DNA of 61,449 bases, the filler included, from Hausera hauseri (taxonomy: Eukaryota), in the NCBI GenBank assembly GCA_046269625.1. It is 11 parts of 11 records of this genome, joined end to end, with 100 filler letters (N's around TTAATTAATTAA, not from the genome) between each part and the next. Parts side by side here need not be neighbours in the genome. Positions count along the whole stretch, not along the records: positions 22,571 to 29,078 come from JBJURY010092876.1; positions 29,179 to 33,345 come from JBJURY010725547.1; positions 33,446 to 40,632 come from JBJURY010032447.1; 8 more parts are not named here. One strand, given 5' to 3'. The translations under genes were made by a program, and so were the position numbers. Numbering within the stretch: the first letter of the stretch is position 1; every line of letters starts with the position of its first letter. Shown in pieces: positions 22,471 through 36,400 of the stretch. The notes under the pieces were generated by a model. The model saw nothing but the letters and a program-made list of their open reading frames with translations, did no database searches and was not told where the DNA came from.

Positions 22471-23099
22471 NNNNNNNNNNNNNNNNNNNNNNNNNNNNNN
22501 NNNNNNNNNNNNNNTTAATTAATTAANNNNNNNNNNNNNNNNNNNNNNNNNNNNNNNNNNNNNNNNNNNNTTGACAACACGATTTCGATTTTCTTTGATG
22601 CGTAAGTCATTTCGATTGTCTTTCAATAAGGATTATTTGAGAAGTACTAAAATAAAATGAAACGAAATTTTGTATTTATGCCATCAGATAGTGTCGCGGT
22701 TTGTCCCAAATATATCTGTATCGGTTACTGATTTTTAAAGTGATTAAAAAAGGTAAAATGTTCAAAAATTTTAACCCAACTTTGTTGGTGCATCGAAAAA
22801 TTAAATTCTGGATTTCTTTGCACCAACAATGTATTTTTGTATTTTGATAATTTGGACCCTTTGAAATACTTTGGAAGTAATGAGGGATGCTTTTCTTTGT
22901 TGCTTCTCATTAAATTTTCAAAAGTAAAAGATGATTGAACCAAATAAAATTTATTTGTAAACGTTCAAAAAGTAATAACTTTCAATTCGTAGATATCGCG
23001 TGTTAATAACAATATAATTTTCAACACAAAACTATTGAATATTAAGTCCAGCCCTTGTCTCCGAACCCCCCACAGCTTCTTCATGTCACAAAAATTATA

Positions 23100-23592
23100 C
23101 AGAAAGACGATGGACTTGTTTTATGAATCTGCAGTCATACGTTTTACAAACCTTGTCTTAGGAACAACATAAAAAAGTCTGAAATTCAAATACGATGTCC
23201 GGTGATAAGGTGCTGTAATAAGCTTCAGAAACGAGAAATTCAAGGAACATTAACAAATTCAGAATATGAGATTTATCAGTTGAAATGTCAAGAGATAGCC
23301 GAGTCGAAATTGTCAAATGTCTTTCATTGTAAAGCAACGGATTGCAAATACTTCGCCGTTTTAGAAGATAAAATATGCAACGGCTATAATGTCCTTGTTG
23401 TCAATCTGTAAATTGTATTTCGCGTTGTATGATCCACAAATCTAGTGAAACATGTAAGGATTATCAGATGAATATCAACAATGATAATAATGTTTGATGT
23501 GAAAACTCAGAAATACCTTGAAAAGGAAATAGCAGAGGGTAATTGTATGAAATGTCCTGATTTTGGGTCAATTATTCGTAAAGGTGGTGGCA
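23100..23592 (+). pseudogene. RBR E3 ligase remnant (RING1 end, IBR, start of RING2), HOIL-1/RBCK1-like
   Basis: IRCP...LQKREIQ...IAESKLSNVFHCKATDCKYF...CPCCQSVNC...H...CKDYQ...MKCP. Frameshifted and truncated. Confidence 0.75.
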
Positions 23593-23594
23593 CT

Positions 23595-23720
23595 ACACTG
23601 AGACTCATTGCCCAGCCTTGTAAGTTGTTTGCATCCAGATATGTGATGAAAGATGATGGTTTTGTTTCATCATAATAAGGCATGTAATGATTATTTGCCT
23701 CTTGGTGCGTACATTTTTTA
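23595..23720 (-). pseudogene. Short protein-primed PolB fragment (motif A)
   Basis: ANNHYMPYYDETKPSSFITYLDANNLQGWAMS. Confidence 0.85.
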
Positions 23721-26597
23721 TAATACTTAAATGGCCTTGGCCTGATGTGACATTTGCGGGATAAAAAAATAATCACGAATTCACCAAATCCGGGATAAGT
23801 ACTAATTTCGGATTCACCCAATCCGGTATACTGTATTATCACAGATTCATCCAATCGGCGGATAAAAAATAAGTACCGATTTATCAATTCGTGAAATTCA
23901 CTTTTGTTTAAACGCATAAATTCAAAGGGGGTGTATAGTTTTGTGCCAGAACTCTCATTTTTCTACTACTCATGGATACTGTGTCGATTGCATCAATGAT
24001 TATTTGATTATTGATTGCCATTGTCCATTTAGATGTATTAGCAATGACAAATTGATTTATTTCAACTCAATTCATTCAGATAAAATGTGTAGAGATGACA
24101 ACTTTTATCGAAATAATGCCCAGCAATTTCTGCACTATTTTATTGATTCTGAGTCTGTTTGTATTGATCAAACATTGAAAAAGATTCAGAAATTTACTCA
24201 TGCATTACGAATGGGAAATGACTTTTCTAGTGAAGATGAAGAAGTGGATGTCTTTGGAGCAATACCTCATATTTATGTGATGAAAATTTCATGATTATAT
24301 GGACAATTTCTGGAAATATCGATTTTTGAATATATGACGTAATTTACATGATTCATGTCGAGAATTTTGCACATATCATAAATTAGACAATTCTTACAAC
24401 GGAAGTATTCGAATTGTGGCCCATGAATTTTTGTAAAATCAGGCAGTAACATGTTACTCATCATGTTGATTATTTATCACAAATCAAAAATAGCTGCAAA
24501 TTAAAATACGGAAGTTACAAATTTGTAACGGATATTCAATCCTCGCCAATCATAAACATTAAATATTTTGACTAATATAAATTGTATATAGATTTTATTA
24601 TATAAGCACACAGTTTTTTAAATATTAAAATTTTTCATTTCGAAATATGGCCTATTCTGTTGTCCACATTCTAAACTTCTTGTTCAGTAGTGACGATACC
24701 TCTCTCCTATGTATGAATTTTTATATCCATGAAATATACACGGTGATAAGAAAAATTTCGGAAAGTCTGCACGAAAATTCAATTTGTGTATTTGTAAAAT
24801 TTCCATATAGTACTTGAAAACCACTGATTCCGTCAATATTTTCCTCCTCGTCTGTCCGTTAATTTAGGCAGTCAGTCATTTCTGAAAGTGAATCCATCAT
24901 GCCAGTTGCATTGTGTACATTCGTGAATATTTTCATAAACACCCATTGGCCACTATTGGAATATTTCAACAGTCCAAAATGAAATATATATTTTACAAAC
25001 AACTAATCCGATTGTGACATTTAATATTGAATTTAAATTAAATGTGATTAAATTAAATTTTCAATTATTAAATAATTTAAATGAATTCCAATGGGGTATA
25101 TTTAAAATAGTCATTAAACAATAAAGTAATAAAAAATAAAAATACCAAATGAAATTTGTTTCTGATTCAAACTTATCAAATTGATTCTGAAATATCGATA
25201 TTAAAAATTGCAATTATTGAATTTCATTTAATATTCGATTTTCACATTTATTCATTTCGAATGACATTGTTATTGCAAGGACGAAGTTTCCATGTAAATC
25301 AAGGAGATTAGTCCGGAATATACTGACATTTTGTTGCATATTTTAAACGTCAATTATTGATTTATTGGATTTTACACAACAATTGCAAATTGTATTTCAT
25401 TTCATCTATATGGTATAAAATGCAGAAACTGCAATGCAAAACAAATTCGTATTTGAACTGTCTATTTCGACATTCATTCGTTGTCTAATGAATGTTTATC
25501 TGAATATGGTATATGATCAGTATTATCGATTATTAACTGAAATGCCATTTGTTATATACTTTACTTATAAATCAATAATTAATCGACATTAATTATTTAT
25601 TAAAAATTGATTTCCTTCAATCAATTTCCACATTACATATTAATAAATTTTGATATTACAAATTACGTAAAATGTACATTTTACAAATTTTTATTAAATA
25701 AAAATTTCTAATTGATTTTGTTTCAAATTTATTAATTTTTCTCAATAAATAAATTTTAATTGATAACAATAATTACCGTATTTGATACGGCCCGTTACGT
25801 GATTCAAAATTATGACAAAAATCTTACGGAAAAATATAAACATTTAAATAATACACATTATTAAATAATCAATTTTTATTTTTAAATATATTTTTAATTA
25901 CAATCAATTATTAAATATCGATTAAATTAATCTATATTTTTTGCGAAAATTTAACAAATTGTAATTTCTTTATTTGGAATTGATTTTTTGTGTGACATTG
26001 ATTATTTGATTATTGATTTTGATATACTACTTTAAATTGTAAAATTTGATTAAATGTTTAACAAATTTAAAATACAACTCATTTAATTAATAATGATACC
26101 AGAGATGAAAAAGAAATACAAATTTTACTTAATTTTGAATGTATACAGTAAAATATGATATGCACACATACACGTCATTTTAGAAATGGTATCGAATCAC
26201 CATTCATATTCCACAACGCAAATACATCACAAAAATATCAACACTACAATGATAGTTCCTTTGACTTTATTTAAATAAATTTGATTATTGATTTTAATTG
26301 ACAATTTAAATTTAAATATTTATAAAAAGTTAAAGTCACAATTGAAAATTTTTCTATTTACAGAATCCTTATTTGGATGAGTAAGATGTGAAATAAATGG
26401 GACAAAGAAAAATTTTTACAAAGTAATAAAATCAGTAAACGATTGCGATTTATTATATAATCGATTTCACAGTCCGATTTAAAATTTAATTTTTATTTAC
26501 CAAAAATATTTAATTAAAAAATTAAATTAATAATTTTATTTAATTAAAAATTTGTTTCAAAAACACAAAATAAGAAATCATATTTTAACAAAAATCA

Positions 26598-27563
26598 ATG
26601 AGTGAAAGTAATCAACAAACAAGAAAGAGAAGCAGTCGAGAAGTATCTGAGTTCGTAAAGAATCACGCATTGAATCTGGCACGTCAAGGAAAGACAATGA
26701 ATGAAATTTGTATTGAAGTCGGTCATTCAAGACCAACAGTTAAATATTGGGTTAAAAAGGCCCAATTGAGAGTAAATCCAGCACCAAGGAGAGGTCGAAT
26801 TCCAAATCAATTAAAACAGAATTGCACTGAATCAAAATTACCGAGAAAGAAAAGTAGCAGAGAAATTCCAGAATTCGTAAAGAATCACGCATTGGATTTG
26901 GTTGTCAAAGGAAATCGAGTCAGTGACATTTCGAGGGAAATTCGACGTTCGGCACCAACAATTAGATACTGGATAAAACGAGCTAAATTGACAGTAGCTA
27001 AAGTAAAACGTCAAGCAATCGAATTGCAAAAGACTCAAAGAAAACGAAGCAGTAGAGAAATTGCTGAGGAAATCAAAATTCGAGCATTGAATCTCTACCG
27101 CAGTGGGAAAACATTGAAACAAATTTCAAGAGACATTAACCAATCAGTACAGACTATAAGATATTGGATCATCAAGGCAAAAATTCTGCGAACTCGACAG
27201 TCAAAGGTAAATTCGACAAATAATGAAACTAATAACGAAATCGAATATTCAAATAAAATTCAGACAATCGATGAAGGACAGTTGATAAAATTGCATCTCA
27301 CAGACAAAAGTACCCTCACAGTGAAACAAGAACCAATCATTGAAAATCCACAATCAAAAATCGATATTGACAATCAACCAATCAATGCAGTTGATGAACA
27401 TGCGATGCATTTACAACAGACTCGACAAAAATGCAAAAGGGCCATGGAAATATTGGACACATTCATTACTTCATCACAGAAGACATTTTCTGAGATGCAG
27501 AATCTTCTCGATGAACTTGATGCTGAAGTGGAGGTGCATAGGATAAGAAAAACAATTTTTTGA
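26598..27563 (+). CDS. Intact single-exon protein with three tandem helix-turn-helix repeats and a C-terminal helical region
   Basis: Three copies of RK(R/K)SSRE...AL.L...G.....I...I..S..T(V/I).YW..(K/R)A. AATAAA about 45 nt after the stop. Confidence 0.8.
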   Translation: MSESNQQTRKRSSREVSEFVKNHALNLARQGKTMNEICIEVGHSRPTVKYWVKKAQLRVNPAPRRGRIPNQLKQNCTESKLPRKKSSREIPEFVKNHALDLVVKGNRVSDISREIRRSAPTIRYWIKRAKLTVAKVKRQAIELQKTQRKRSSREIAEEIKIRALNLYRSGKTLKQISRDINQSVQTIRYWIIKAKILRTRQSKVNSTNNETNNEIEYSNKIQTIDEGQLIKLHLTDKSTLTVKQEPIIENPQSKIDIDNQPINAVDEHAMHLQQTRQKCKRAMEILDTFITSSQKTFSEMQNLLDELDAEVEVHRIRKTIF

Positions 27564-28540
27564 TTTCTTTTATTTTTGAATATTTTTCAATGGGTATTCG
27601 ATTTTAATAAAATATTTTTGTATGTTTATTGATTTTATTATTTGAAGTATATTTTACATGGGTATCAGTAGGATAACTCATTTACAATTTTCCATTTTAT
27701 CATTTAAATATTATTCGTGATCAATATTCAATAAATTTACAATTGAATGCTATTCAATTTGTTATTGATTTTTAACATCGATTTATTTCAATTTGCAACT
27801 TTGCTAGCTCAGTAAGAAAAATAGAAATAAAAAATTGTGTCGATGATTCATCAGAACTATTTATGCATAATTCTACATGTCCATTGGATAGAATTGAATC
27901 ACACAACATCACTTGTTCGTTAATGCATAATCATTCATTCTGTATTGAAATGGAAAAAATCAATATTTAAAAAATAATTCTGAACGTACGTCAGATTAAT
28001 CAAAACGGATTAATCAAAAGAATATCGAATTTACTGACGAACCAATAAAATTCGCTGCATCCCAAACGAAATTGAGGTTTGCAAAAATGTTGAGTCAAAT
28101 GAGCCCACATTCAATAATTTCCAATGAGCCCAATCGCTAACTACCAGCTGAATGTTGACGACAGCTTGGGTAGTGATATTAATAAAATTTATATACTGAT
28201 CAATATTGTGACACTCTCTTATTGATCTAACTGTATTTTTCTTTATTGTAATTGTATTTATTTTATTCTCTTGGATTATTATTATATTCTTATCGTATTG
28301 GCAAAAAGTTAGTAATATTTTATTGTAAATTTTATGATCAATAAATAGTTGTGGACTGACTATATATACATATTCCTTTGTTACACAAACAACCGAAAAC
28401 ATTGCTAATGAAGAATTCTATGTATTCTTTTGATAATTGTAAGTTTTGATATTCTATTCTTTTATCATTCATTTCGTAATATTTATTGGAAAGGTATTTG
28501 TATCATTAAAGATCGTTGTAACATTTCATTTCTTATTTAG

Positions 28541-28713
28541 AAGACGAAGGGAACATTAACCCTTACGCCACATATAATGAGATCAAGCAAGCTGTGGCAC
28601 CAGAGGTTCGAACCACCATCCCTCTCAAGGGAGCAGCCGTGCCCAAATCTTCTTCTGAGGAGGATGATATTGCTATGCAGAAAGCAGCAGCAAGGAGAGA
28701 GGGCGGAGCTTGA
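28541..28713 (+). CDS. Possible terminal exon of a receptor cytoplasmic tail (PYATY motif, Dscam/Robo-like)
   Basis: Acceptor tttcttatttag, then (E)DEGNINPYATYNEIKQAVAPEVRTTIPLKG...GGA*. GC rises sharply relative to the upstream sequence. Confidence 0.35.
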
Positions 28714-29789
28714 TGAATTTCTGTTTATTAAACACAATGACTCCTTCAAGTAAAACTTGAGACTTTACTTCTATTTGTCTTTTGTTGTTCTGAATTTTGA
28801 GGACAGATTTGACTGATGATTGCTTTAATTTTTTTTTTTCTTTTTCCTTTTTCGGAAGTCAGAAATGGGGAGGGGCAGTCAGACAGACTCCCGCACACCC
28901 CGACCGGGATCCACCCGGCGCGCCCACCAAGGGGCGATGCTTTGCCCGCCCCGGGGCGTAGTTCCGCCGCATCCAGAACCATTGCAGCGCCTGAGGGAGA
29001 GGCCACAGAGCCGTCCTCAGCGCCCGGGCCAGCTCTGCTCCAGTGGAGCCTTGGCTGTGGGAGGGGAAGAAAGAGACANNNNNNNNNNNNNNNNNNNNNN
29101 NNNNNNNNNNNNNNNNNNNNNNTTAATTAATTAANNNNNNNNNNNNNNNNNNNNNNNNNNNNNNNNNNNNNNNNNNNNCACACAAGACAAGTGTTTCAGT
29201 CGACAGTTTTAACTTTAAAAAAGTCACAAATCTGAGCTGAATCCACAGAAATAAGACTTTGTTCTGTTTTCTGGATGTAAGGAGCGTCTGAACACGCTGT
29301 TAGATTTTTTTATTTAGTTTGAGTTTTTATTGTTTAAATGATCTAACAATCATGAAACTGAACCCCGGGACTGAAAATCATTTATACTCAGACAAGAAAA
29401 CAGAGCAGCCTAAAATGATGAAGAGAACCTCAGTCCAGTCTGTAAAGTGTAAAGTTTTTATATTTTGTCATGTAGTTGGAAACACACAGAGCGCAGGCCT
29501 GTGAGGCGCACACACAGCTGAGGAGAAGAAAATGTGTGTGAACTGTCTAAGAAACATTTTAATTCTGAGATAAAAACTTTGTCAACTCAGCAGATTAATT
29601 CAGAACAGCTCAGCTGTGATGATAGCCTGCAGATAAAAGGTTTGTTGCTGCGTAAAGTTGTGTGTAATTTGTGGAACACCGTCAGCTGTTGCGCTGGAGG
29701 ATGACATCATTAGGAAGAATTGAGGGCAGTGTTTTTTGATCACATTGAACAAACAAATTACAATCAGTTATTTTAGGCCGCTGTAGTTC

Positions 29790-30688
29790 CAGAGCCGAGC
29801 CATGCACGAGAGACCTCTAAAATATAAATCTACAAGCTCATGGCAGAAACTCGCCACGGTGCTGCATTGGTTGTTCTTTACCAACAAATAAAGACAGGTC
29901 TATGTTCTACCTACTAAACTAGGGATAGAGTTCTTTCCTCTGTGTTTACAGTAGCTGAGTTAATATTAGATCTAAAGTTGGAAATATATCTCAGCCTCAT
30001 GTGCTGGTGAAGATAGCAGTTTTACGTGCGCATGCGGACACACTCAGGACATCGCCTCCAGCTTCCCTGGCCAGCTGCTTTGTTTCAGAACCTCTTTCAG
30101 GGACCAGATAAAACAGCAAAACTCTATTGCGGATCTGGCAAAAATGGAGCTTGTCAACCACCCAGCAGTGATTTGTTCATTCAGTGAGGTTAGCACCGCC
30201 CTTCTTTTATTTTTGAATCTTCCCCTCACCGTTGCAACCTCTGAGCACTCATTCTCAAAGTTAAAAATGATTAAAAGTCACTTGAGAAGCACAGTGGGAC
30301 AGGAGAGACTGAGTGGACCTGCTGTGTTGTCAATAGAGAATGAGAGAGATAAGGAAATGGACATACAGACCATCATGGACGATTTCGCAGAGCACAAGAC
30401 ACGTCGTTTGCCCTTCTAATAATAGTGAGTAGGACATCACATGTAAATTGTTTATGAACATGTGGGCCGCTGTGGCAGTTTTACTAAAGTTTATAACTCC
30501 TGATAGGCTACAGCTCTCAGTTGATATAGATAAAGTGGGGGTCTCAAAATCCGATTGCTATCCATGGTACTGAAGCTTGTAAGCCCCGCTGTCGCAGGCA
30601 TGTGTATGTTGTAAGATGATGTCATCATGAGCTTTAATATTTTGGCATAAGGCCCCGGTCATTTCCCCCGCCACCCGGCCCGGCTCTG
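29790..30688 (+). mobile_element. Internally deleted hAT (ZMYM1-like) transposon retaining the C-terminal dimerisation domain (30144..30419)
   Basis: LPLTVATSEHSFSKLKMIKSHLRSTVGQERLS. Candidate TIRs CAGAGCCGAGCC / GGCCCGGCTCTG. No clean 8-bp TSD. Confidence 0.7.
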
Positions 30689-31379
30689 ATTTCTTCCGCT
30701 AGTGACCCTGATAACTGAAAATTTGCACAGGCAATATTAATAATGAAGCTGAAAACAGATGGATCATTAACCTGGATGCAAGTAAAAGTGTTTCCGCTGT
30801 CTCTGGTAGTTTGTTCTAGACATGTGGAGCATTGAATCTCAATACAGCTTCTCCAGGTCTGCTTTTGACTGTGGGAACTGGTCCAGATCAGATTTAGAGG
30901 CCCTGAGGGGTCTAGTAGGTTCATTTTGGACCATTCTGAGCTTTATAGACAAACAGCAGAACTTAAACGTATGGCTTCTGACAGACAGGCAGCCAGTGGA
31001 AAGAACTCAACTACTGTCTTACTAGATTTTATACTTTGATCTATAAAGATCGTGTTACAGTACTTAGGCCAACTAAAGATGAATGCAGGAGTTGTCTTCA
31101 CGTTTCATCTGATATTTTCTTAAGGTGATAAGCTGATTTTGTGATAGCCTTAACATGTTTTTCCAATTTTATGTCTGAAATTGTGGCCACATTTAGATTT
31201 CTGGTGTGGTTAGTAGTTTTTTAAGTGTAGATTATTATTCCTGTCCATCAATTTTTTTTAATAAAAGCACCATAACTCAAGTAAGCTTTCCGCAACATGG
31301 AGGAAACCAAAATTTATCTTTCAGCAGATCTTATGACAGGATCAATTGGTACATTAAAATAAGAGACTACGAATAGCTT

Positions 31380-33290
31380 ACTGGTCATGAGCATTTCTCA
31401 TACGTCCGTTGACAATGAACTCGACTGCGGCGTGAACCAGGGAGTCCTTTTCCTCCAGTTTTGAGACATGTCTAAGGCAACCCATGATGCTAAGGATGTC
31501 AGCTGCTTCTTCAATGGCAAAATTTGCCTCCTTGGTGGTTTCAGCTTCTTGTATCTGAATAAAGATAAGTACATAATCACTTAAACATTTAAACTCACCT
31601 AACATGCATGTCTTTGGACAATGGGAGTAAGCCAGAGTAGCTGAAGCGAAACTACATATACACAGAGAGAACATGCAAACCTCACACACAGAGGCAACTG
31701 TTGAGTCTTACCTGGATTAGGCTCCAATGTATTCAGGACTAAGCAATTACAAAAATGACAGATGGATTACACACTTAAAGGGTTAGTTAAATATGAGCTT
31801 ATATTAACACCTTCATTAGCTGCTCCCGGAGTTTGTGATCATGCAGATCTTCAACTCTGACAGTGGCAGTTGGAAGCCCACAAATCTGCTGAAACAGCCT
31901 CTCAGAGAAAAAATGGGGGCCAACTCCTCCATGGACAACACAGACAGTAATCATTTTTGCTACAAAGTAGTACAACTTTGTTTCCAATGCTGCAGAAGAA
32001 ACACAGAAGGACAGTTTGTTAAAAGAACTCTAAAAAATTACAAGTTCCACTGCTTATAATACACACAATTAATAGAAGCATCATTAAAAAAGAAAATACT
32101 CTGGCATACAAGACAGCATAGCACAGATATACATTTTTCCTAACCTTCAGAGCTCAATGTCAGTTGGCGAGCCTTTTCATGCCCCTCAAAGATGCAGCAG
32201 TCATGAATTGCCTTCATAAGCAGCCTCAAAAACTCTCTAGTTGGACCTCCCTCATCCACCGCCCCCTCTCCATTCAAGTCCTCATCCACAAAGACGACGT
32301 CAAGTTTTGCCTCTGGGGTAAAGCGGCGACGCTGAAATGCTTTCAAGCTGCATTTCAAGACGTTGCTCCTACACACATTTATCTGATTGCTGGTTGGAGA
32401 AATACTCATGTCCACTCCACTGATCAGCTAGCAACGTAACTCTGTGAAAGATAGGAAGGGGAGAAAGCTTACCTTTTGTGTAAAAATTCTATCATCTCAT
32501 TTTAAAAGTTTCAGTTCCCAAATTTGTAATGTCTCAAATTAGGTTTTGATTAACATCAAGCACAATCATAACACATACTCATTTGGAGAGTCTAGGGGAA
32601 AAGCATTCACAGGAGTCTGAAGTCCAGGAGAGACAGGGACTTCACTCTCATCATCATCATCATCATCAATCAGAATTGGTATCATGGACAAGTCTGGTAT
32701 TGGGCTGGAAGGCAGAGGACCATGTGGAATGAAGAGCAGCTCAGAGGCGGCCCCTGTGGTCTGTGGTTTCTTGTTTTCCATATGACTGGAAATCCATTCC
32801 TAAGTTAGGAAAAAGAGCACAAATACGAAAACCGATTAATGCTACAAGTGTTGAAATTTAAAAATTCCCCAATTCTAAAAAAGTTAACATTAGTCTTACC
32901 TCAACATCCATGCTTGACATCCAAAGTACATAGAATGTGGAGTTAGTTCGGAGTCCTTGGTCTGAAATGATCCCACTTGAGGTGCTTGCAATGGCTGTGC
33001 AACTAGTGGCTTCCTGCACCTTAAAAATTTCACTGGCTTCCTCAGCTTGACCAATGTAGTCAAACAGAACCTAGGATATAGATTTTTCTTTCATTTAATT
33101 ACTGCCTTTTATGTAGTGATTTTTACATGTTAACAAAAACTTAATGTGAAACATTACCTGAATTGGCTCAGATTCATTAAATTTGCCCATCTTTACTGAA
33201 CCATCAGGGAACTTAAACTTCAAGGAAATTCCATCATTGGGTTCCTTTCGCTCAGCCAGTCGAAGACAGCGTTCCCTGATGGCCTTCAAT
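31380..33290 (-). CDS. Multi-exon partial gene: UBX-like domain plus HECT N-lobe (G2E3-like)
   Basis: LKFKFPDGS...F...EPIQ|VLFDYI; EGAVDEGGPTREFLRLLM; VVHGGVGPHFFS. GT-AG exon borders near 31380-31557, 31811-31992 and 32144-32442. Confidence 0.75.
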
Positions 33291-33445
33291 GTACATTAAA
33301 TATTTAAAATGGTCTTATTCCATTATTGTTTTTTTCTCTTTTTGANNNNNNNNNNNNNNNNNNNNNNNNNNNNNNNNNNNNNNNNNNNNTTAATTAATTA
33401 ANNNNNNNNNNNNNNNNNNNNNNNNNNNNNNNNNNNNNNNNNNNN

Positions 33446-36400
33446 ATAGTAAATTTAAATGAGTTAAGGGACTCGTTGGATCTAATTCTGCTTTGACATA
33501 TTGGTATAAAAAGGTATTAAAAATGGTATCAAAAGCATATTATATAATTGTTCTAATCTCTTTACGTCATCATCCAGTTCCTTTATATTCTTCTGATATT
33601 TCTCCAAATCTTCAGTTCTTTCTAAAGAGTTTGTTGTTACATCAATAATTATGTAGTAATATATTAATGTATCTCGACCTATTATGCAAGGAATAGTGGC
33701 GTTATTCACTATAAAGTATTGAATTTTTGTGCGTTTACCCTTCAATTTCATTAATGTTGTAGTTACACCTATTACTTTTAATTGATTTCCGTTTATTAAC
33801 TTATTATTTATTTCGCTACCTTCAATTAGTTTTAATTTCAGTGTTTTCAAAGCAGCCTTATTTAGGTCATTTTTGCTGCACTCATATCAACTATAGCGTC
33901 TATTTGGATTTTATTAATGGTTATTATCGTAATTTATGTATTATTATTTGACCCGACGTCGACAAATGCGACTATTGTACCACTAATATCCGATTACATT
34001 CGACTTCTTAGTGGGTATTTGCAAGGTACTGGCTGTTACAGTTTATGTTCCTTGGCCAATGGTCTACAACGCTGTACACTCATCCATGAAATTTTATAGG
34101 CATTAGTTAAATTTTGTAATTCCACACTTGATTCTGTTACTCGGAGTATTTAATACGGTTCTTTATATGGCGATTTCAATTTTGGACTCTCGCCTGGTTT
34201 ACAGGTTTCATTTAATATATTAACCAAATCTCCAATTTGATACACATGAGGTTTTGCCCTTTTGTCATATTGATCCTTGTAATTTTCTTGATGATATTTA
34301 ATTTTTAATCCAGCTCTGATCCATGCTTTTTGTAATCTTTCTTGTAAAATTGTCGCGTAATCTGGTCCTTCCATCATTTGTGATTGCGGTGGCCTATATT
34401 CTAAATCAATTGGCATAATATCTCGTCTACCGTAAAGTAAAAAGTATGATGATTTTCCAGTTGTCGTATGAGGACTTTGTCGGTAGGCATATAAACAAGG
34501 TTTTATATACAGATCCCAATTAGCCGGGTGATCATATGCATAAATAGATATCATAATTGAAAATTGTTTGTTAAAGGCTTTTATTGCGCCATTGGCTTGG
34601 GGATGAAAAGGCGAAGTAAATTTGTGGTTGACTTCTAATATCGCTAGCACTTTTCCGTAAGTTCACTACAAAAATTACTTTCTCTATCGGATGTCATTGT
34701 CATTGGTACTCCATATTCGAATATTACGTCGTCAACCAATCTTCTAGCTATAACATCTGTGGTTAGATTTATCATTGGCATTGCTATTGGAAATTTTGAG
34801 TGGTAGTCTACTGCTGTTCGTACACATGTGTTTCCTCTTGTAGTGGTTGGTAAAGGTCCAACTACGTCAACACCTATACAAACAAATGGTAAATCTAAAA
34901 CTGGTACTGGTTTTAATGGTGTTTTCTTTGCTTAAAAGTTTCCTATTCTTTTTGAACAAACCTGTCCGTTGGTACACCAATCTTTTACATCCTCTGTAAT
35001 CTTTGGCCAATAATATTTTTGCTTAAGTCAGCCTAATGTGGCTTTATAACTTCCATGTCCTCCAAGTTGTCCGTCATGATAGTGCAGTAAAAGTTTTGCG
35101 CGCATGTGTTTTGGTACAACCATAAGTAAATCTTCATACTTTTCATAGTAGATATTTCCCCTTTCCATTTTATATTTATTTTTGATCCCTTCTTTGTTTA
35201 GACTATTACGGATTTTACGAATTTAATCATCCTTCGCCTGTTCCTTAGCTATGGCTTCGTGTGTGATTGGTATTGACAAAAATATGTGCATTTCTTCATT
35301 AATTTCTGCATTATCCACTTCATGTATCATAGTTTGAATTAGATCGATCATCTTATAGTATTTATATAAAATATCTTCTACTAATGGGTCTTTATAGTCA
35401 CTTTGTCTTGTATTTTGTTGATTATCCTTGTTAAATGTTTGAATAATCATACTTATAAGTTGGTCGGTATCTTTGGTGCGTTTCTTTCGTGTTGCTTTAG
35501 GTATGCTTGGATGGATTTTTTGTGAATAATATTCTTTCAGATCCTGCATGTCCTCATAATCAAGATTAGAGTGATCGTTATAGTCCTGGTCGATATCGCT
35601 TTCTTGGAGTCTCGACAAAAAGTCTGCATTGGCGTTTGCTTTTCCTTGTCGATATTTTATTGAAATTTCTAAATCCTGGATTTCTGCAGCCCATTTCATT
35701 AATTTTCGGCTAGTATCTCGTTGTTTCATTAACCATTGAAGAGGTTTTTGATCCGTATATAATATTATTTCTCGTCCCGTAATATAATATCTGAAATATC
35801 GTAGAGCATATACTATGGCATAACATTCTCTTTCAATTGTTGACCATTTACGTTGCGTTTCACTTAGCGTTTTACTGATACACGCTATTATTCCTTCACG
35901 TGGTCTATCGGGAAGTGATTGTCCTAAGACTGCTCCTATCGCATAGCCACTGGCGTCAGTCATGATTATATAAGGGTAATTAGGGTCAGAAAACTGTAGT
36001 ATTGGTGGGGAAGTTAAGACTTGTTTTAAGACTTCGAATGATCTCTGATATGTTTCTTCCCAATTCCATGCTGTTTCTTTCTTTGTTAACTCCACTAGTG
36101 GTTTATCTATACTTGCAAAATTATATACAAACTTTCTATAGTAGTTAGCCATTCTTAACAGTCGTTGTAATTCTTTAAGACATTTGGGCGTTTTTAATTT
36201 CTTAAGTTTCTCTACATTTCTAGGGTCAGGCTGAATTTCTTTACTTGACATTATATGTCCGCGAAAGGTAACAGTATTCTTAGCAAATTCGTACTTTTTC
36301 AATTTGATCTTTAGATGGGCATGTTGTTGTCAAAAACTTGTGAAATATCCTTCAAGTGTTGCTCGAAGTTTTCAGAAAATATTATTACATTATCTACGTA

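Noticed and set aside
28865-29078. GC-rich island as an RNA gene or CDS
   Set aside because: No recognisable tRNA/rRNA motifs; truncated by the contig end.
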